From: an uncultured Pseudomonadota bacterium
Lineage (GTDB): Bacteria > Oederibacteriota > Muellerivitia > Muellerivitales > Muellerivitaceae
Assembly (NCBI GenBank): GCA_963770835.1
Contig: CAVYRH010000026.1
Span: 768,001 to 832,000 of the forward strand
DNA: 64,000 nt
Reading direction: 5' to 3'
Shown here: positions 60,362 through 64,000 of the stretch, one piece after another
Layout: the number at the start of each line of letters is the position of its first letter
Position numbering within the stretch: the stretch's first letter is position 1
Notes under the pieces: model-generated
Told to the model about the DNA's origin: nothing
Databases searched by the model: none
The model's input: the letters and a program-made list of their open reading frames with translations, nothing else
Made by a program: the position numbers and the translations under genes

Positions 60362-62692
60362 ATGACCTTAAGAATCCCCCCGATTTCCAGCCGGCCCATT
60401 TTTTGGGGAGCACTGGGAATCGGCGTTCTTAACTTGTTCTTGTTTGGGGACCTTTTTTGGGCGGGGTGTAATCAAGTTTTATCCAGCCCGCAGGCTGATT
60501 TATTCCTCCATTTTGTTGCTTGGCGGCAGTTTGCCTTTGAACAGCTTCGACAGGGACATTTGGTTCTTTGGAATCCTTATTACCTATGCGGAGCACCTTT
60601 CTTCGGGGGATTTGAAGCAGCCCTGCTTTATCCCCCAAACTGGCTTTACATGATCCTACCGCTGAGCCTGGCCATCAACCTGGGAATCATCCTTCATGTA
60701 ATTCTTGCTGGCTTTCTTACCTATCTTTGGGCCCTTCGCCGGGGGCTGCATCCAATGGGGGCTTTAGTCGCCGGAGTCATTTTTATGTGGAGCGGAGCCT
60801 TTTACCTTCATTTATTCGCAGGACATTTGCCTAATCTTTGCGCGATGACTTGGGCACCTCTCATTTTCCTGTGTGTTGACGGGTTGATTGAAAAAATTTC
60901 TTTGCGCTGGATTTTGCTGGGAATATTTGCTGTGTCAATGCAGATTTTAGCGGGTCATCCTCAATATGTTTATTTCACCGCCATCATTGTATGGATTTAT
61001 GGGCTGATCAATTTAAAGGGCCTCGGATCCAAAGGGTATTTTTTGGCTTCTTGGGCTGCGGTATACGTGGGAGCTTCCTTGTTAACAGCTGTTCAATTAT
61101 GGACGGGGATTGAAGCTTTCACGGAATGCGGCCGAAATATTCCCCTTGAAATCAGATCGGCAAGCTCATTTTCATTTCCGCCTGAGAATATCTTGACCCT
61201 TTTTTTACCGGGACTTTTTGGAAACCTGACAACCGTACCTTATTGGGGCCGATGGTACCTATGGGAAGTTTCATTTTATATCGGCGCTGTTGCATTTTTC
61301 CTGGTGGTCTACTGCGTCGTTGCTGAATCCTCCCCAAAAAAGTTGAAGCTCTTATTCGTGGCTTGTATTGTTTTCCTTTTTTCTCTGGGCGCTTATACAC
61401 CGTTGTATGGATTTCTCTACGACTATGTTCCGTTATTCAAAAATTTTCGGGGAGTTTGCAAGTTTGACTATTTGTCCACACTTTTACTGGCCATGTTGGC
61501 CGGGATGGGTATGGATCAACTCCTTCGCCATAAAAAAACGCCTTATTGGACATTTATTTTTTCACTTGTAGTTGGAGTCGTTTTGACCACTTTGGGGTTT
61601 TTCATTTATTTTTCGGCCCAAAACCTATTATCTGGTTACTGGGTACAGTGGTTTGGTTCAGTACATTGGCTCGAAAAGACGATAGGATTATTGGGAAATT
61701 CCCAAAAACAGACTTATGTGTTGGAATCTGGCTTACAAGCTGCCCAGACATTATGGGTAGGTGGGGGGGCGTTTTTACTTTTGGCTTTTTTGTTGAGGGT
61801 GCTGGCCGAAAACCGTAGAAAATCTTACGCTTTAATAATCCTTTGTATTTTGGAACTTTTCGTTTTCGCGCGTACTAACCGGCCGACCTTTGATCTCGCC
61901 ATCCTTCAAAAGAAATTTGCAGCAGTTGAAGATTTTTATTCGAAAAACCCGGGGGATTACCGGGTTTACGGAACCGGCAGCGCTTCCCTGGTTACGAGGA
62001 TAGATGATGTCTGGGAAGATGAACCCATGGTTTTGGGAAGATACGGTCGTTTTATTTGTCGAACCCAGAATTTAACGGAAAATCAATTGTTTTCGGTGGT
62101 CCCGATATTTCAGAAATTTCCTTCAATTTTGGGGATGCTAAGATTGAAATATCGGGTTTTCATGAATGAAGATCCCATTCGCATTGCTCCCTTTCCTTTC
62201 AAGGGCCTGCCGCGAATGAAGCTGATGGCCAATTGGAAGATTGTTTCTGATGGAAGTAAGGCTTTGGATGAAATTTTCAATGATTCCTTTGATCCGTTTC
62301 GAAAAGTAATTTTGGAAAGTTCTCCCGATTTTCCGCCTTCACCCGGTGAAGCGAAGGGAACCGTTAGCTGGGAAGATCTTTCCACGGATAAAATCGAAAT
62401 CAAAGCCGACTTGCCCGAAGCAGAACTTTTGTTGATCACAGATAATTATAGTGAGGGCTGGAGCGCGGAGGCCTTTCAGGACAGCGGCCAAAACCGGTAT
62501 CGAGTGCTGCCGGCCGATTATTTTTTGAGGGCCGTACCACTTTCTAAAGGCCACCATCATTTTTTTCTTGAGTACCGCCCAACGGTTTTTGAAATAGGGA
62601 AATGGGTTTCCATTGTTTCCTTGATCTTGTATGTTGTTATGCTCTTGATGGGGTTGAAACGCACTCTCGTTTCTATGAAAGCGACACCATGA
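60362..62692 (+). CDS. YfhO-like GT-C membrane protein
   Basis: LWNPYYLCGAPF, LYPPNW, LAGHPQ, many TM helices, C-terminal DNYSEGWSA...RAVPLSKGHH..LEYRP. Confidence 0.82.
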   Translation: MTLRIPPISSRPIFWGALGIGVLNLFLFGDLFWAGCNQVLSSPQADLFLHFVAWRQFAFEQLRQGHLVLWNPYYLCGAPFFGGFEAALLYPPNWLYMILPLSLAINLGIILHVILAGFLTYLWALRRGLHPMGALVAGVIFMWSGAFYLHLFAGHLPNLCAMTWAPLIFLCVDGLIEKISLRWILLGIFAVSMQILAGHPQYVYFTAIIVWIYGLINLKGLGSKGYFLASWAAVYVGASLLTAVQLWTGIEAFTECGRNIPLEIRSASSFSFPPENILTLFLPGLFGNLTTVPYWGRWYLWEVSFYIGAVAFFLVVYCVVAESSPKKLKLLFVACIVFLFSLGAYTPLYGFLYDYVPLFKNFRGVCKFDYLSTLLLAMLAGMGMDQLLRHKKTPYWTFIFSLVVGVVLTTLGFFIYFSAQNLLSGYWVQWFGSVHWLEKTIGLLGNSQKQTYVLESGLQAAQTLWVGGGAFLLLAFLLRVLAENRRKSYALIILCILELFVFARTNRPTFDLAILQKKFAAVEDFYSKNPGDYRVYGTGSASLVTRIDDVWEDEPMVLGRYGRFICRTQNLTENQLFSVVPIFQKFPSILGMLRLKYRVFMNEDPIRIAPFPFKGLPRMKLMANWKIVSDGSKALDEIFNDSFDPFRKVILESSPDFPPSPGEAKGTVSWEDLSTDKIEIKADLPEAELLLITDNYSEGWSAEAFQDSGQNRYRVLPADYFLRAVPLSKGHHHFFLEYRPTVFEIGKWVSIVSLILYVVMLLMGLKRTLVSMKATP

Positions 62693-63567
62693 AAATCTCC
62701 GAAATTTTTAAACAAAAAAAAAGAGTTCTTTCTTTTGAACTTTCCGCACCAAGGGACGGTAATGTTGATAGGCTTTTTCAGACGGTCGAAGAGCTGAAGA
62801 AAATGAAGCCGGACTATATTTCAATCACCTACGGAGCAGGCGGGTCATCACGGGACATGACCTACGGTATTGCGGTTCGTTTGAAAAAAGTGGGCACATT
62901 GCCGCTCATGCATTTTACTTGTGTTGGACATTCCAGGTCCGAAATCAAACAACTTTTGGACCAAGTCAAAACGGCTGGTATTGAAAACGTATTAGCTTTA
63001 CGAGGCGATCCCCCCAAAGGTCAGACGACTTTTGTTCCTGCTTCTGATGGTTTCCGCTATGCCAATGAGCTTATCCAATTTATTCGTTCGGAGGGCTACG
63101 ATTTCTGCCTTGGAGTAGCGGGTTATCCCGAAGGCCATCCCGAGGCTTCCAGTAGGGAGGAGGATCTTCAGAACCTAAAGCGAAAAATTGACGCCGGAGG
63201 CCAGTTTATCGTCAGTCAGTTGTTTTTCGACAATCGCGACTATTTCCGGTTCGTTAAACAACTTCTGCGGATGGGAATTCATCTTCCGGTCCAGCCCGGT
63301 ATTTGGTTGCTAACCGATTACGCACAGACCAAGAGAATATGCAATTTGTGCGGTGCTAAAATTCCAAAAGAGATTGCAGACCGGTTGGAATCTATCAAAG
63401 ACGATGAGGAAAAAGTGACTCGGCTTGGGATCGATTATGCCACCCGCCAATGCGAAGAACTTTTAAACCAGGGAGCCCCAGGAATTCATTTTTATGTTTT
63501 GAATAAAAACTATGTGGTTGAACAGGTTCTCGATAACCTGAAAGCCAAAGGGTTGGTGTTCCATTAA
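62689..63567 (+). CDS. metF: 5,10-methylenetetrahydrofolate reductase
   Basis: SITYGAGGS, HFTC, LALRGDPP, AGYPEGHPE, SQLFFD, GIHFYVLN; ATG at 62689. Confidence 0.95.
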   Translation: MKISEIFKQKKRVLSFELSAPRDGNVDRLFQTVEELKKMKPDYISITYGAGGSSRDMTYGIAVRLKKVGTLPLMHFTCVGHSRSEIKQLLDQVKTAGIENVLALRGDPPKGQTTFVPASDGFRYANELIQFIRSEGYDFCLGVAGYPEGHPEASSREEDLQNLKRKIDAGGQFIVSQLFFDNRDYFRFVKQLLRMGIHLPVQPGIWLLTDYAQTKRICNLCGAKIPKEIADRLESIKDDEEKVTRLGIDYATRQCEELLNQGAPGIHFYVLNKNYVVEQVLDNLKAKGLVFH

Positions 63568-63720
63568 ACTTCTTTAAGCGGTATCCACGCTTTATCTTTT
63601 ACAAATGTTCCGCGTTCTTCGCCAAGTCGGTATCTGCCAGCGGTTTTCTTCCTTTGAACACGAGATGTTTGGATATATACTTTAAGATGAATTTATCCCA
63701 TCCGTGACTTGGAGAAGGGC

Positions 63721-64000
63721 ATGACTGACACCGCTTCCATTTTCAGCCGCCTTCGACATGTTTTACAGAACACTTATTTCTTTCAGTCCCTTAAATTAAA
63801 TGAATTGGATGAATTGATCGGGCACTTGCGGATGATCCGTGTCCAAAAAGGATATGAAATCATCAAACAAGGCGATCCGGGAGATGCTTTTTACCTCATC
63901 GCATCGGGGAAGGTGTCGGTTTGGATGAAAAAGGGCTTCCGGAAGACCCAGGTGGCAACCCTTGGAACAGATGAGTTTTTTGGGGAAATGGCCCTCATTT
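63721..64000 (+). CDS. Cyclic nucleotide-binding domain protein, partial
   Basis: Manual translation MTDTASIF...IIKQGDPGDAFYLIASGKVSV...EFFGEMALI; GGAG RBS; runs off the window end. Confidence 0.88.
   Translation, partial: MTDTASIFSRLRHVLQNTYFFQSLKLNELDELIGHLRMIRVQKGYEIIKQGDPGDAFYLIASGKVSVWMKKGFRKTQVATLGTDEFFGEMALI

Overview
A 64-kb bacterial chromosomal segment from a diderm organism (PilQ secretin, lipoproteins). Taxonomy cannot be fixed from sequence alone. The left ~38 kb is visibly GC-rich and holds: hemH (partial) and a hemD-hemE fusion; a sigma54-type ATP-grasp/alpha-E/Anbu/transglutaminase operon; a surface-glycan locus (methyltransferase, Trm112, GT4s, GT-C-like protein, asnB); rluA; efp-accB-accC; thiC; a GH30 xylanase; a 1426-aa Thr/Pro-rich surface protein; a ferredoxin; dnaJ. 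The right part becomes progressively AT-rich and holds: rsmE-aroE; a type IV pilus locus (pilBTC, pilin, pilD, pilMNOPQ); aroC-aroK-aroB; TPR/roadblock genes; ftsB; tRNA-Leu and tRNA-fMet; folate genes; a YfhO-like gene; metF. Most unusual signals: (1) a synonymously diverged, stop-interrupted second copy of the asnB 3' end, with the two copies bracketing a lipoprotein gene, which suggests cargo acquisition by 3'-end replacement; (2) a mini-PilC lacking both cytoplasmic domains; (3) at least four families of intergenic palindromic repeats, some with hairpins nested inside other repeats; (4) a GC trough across housekeeping genes. No CRISPR array, rRNA, integrase or transposase was seen. All product calls come from motif recognition by eye, with no database search.
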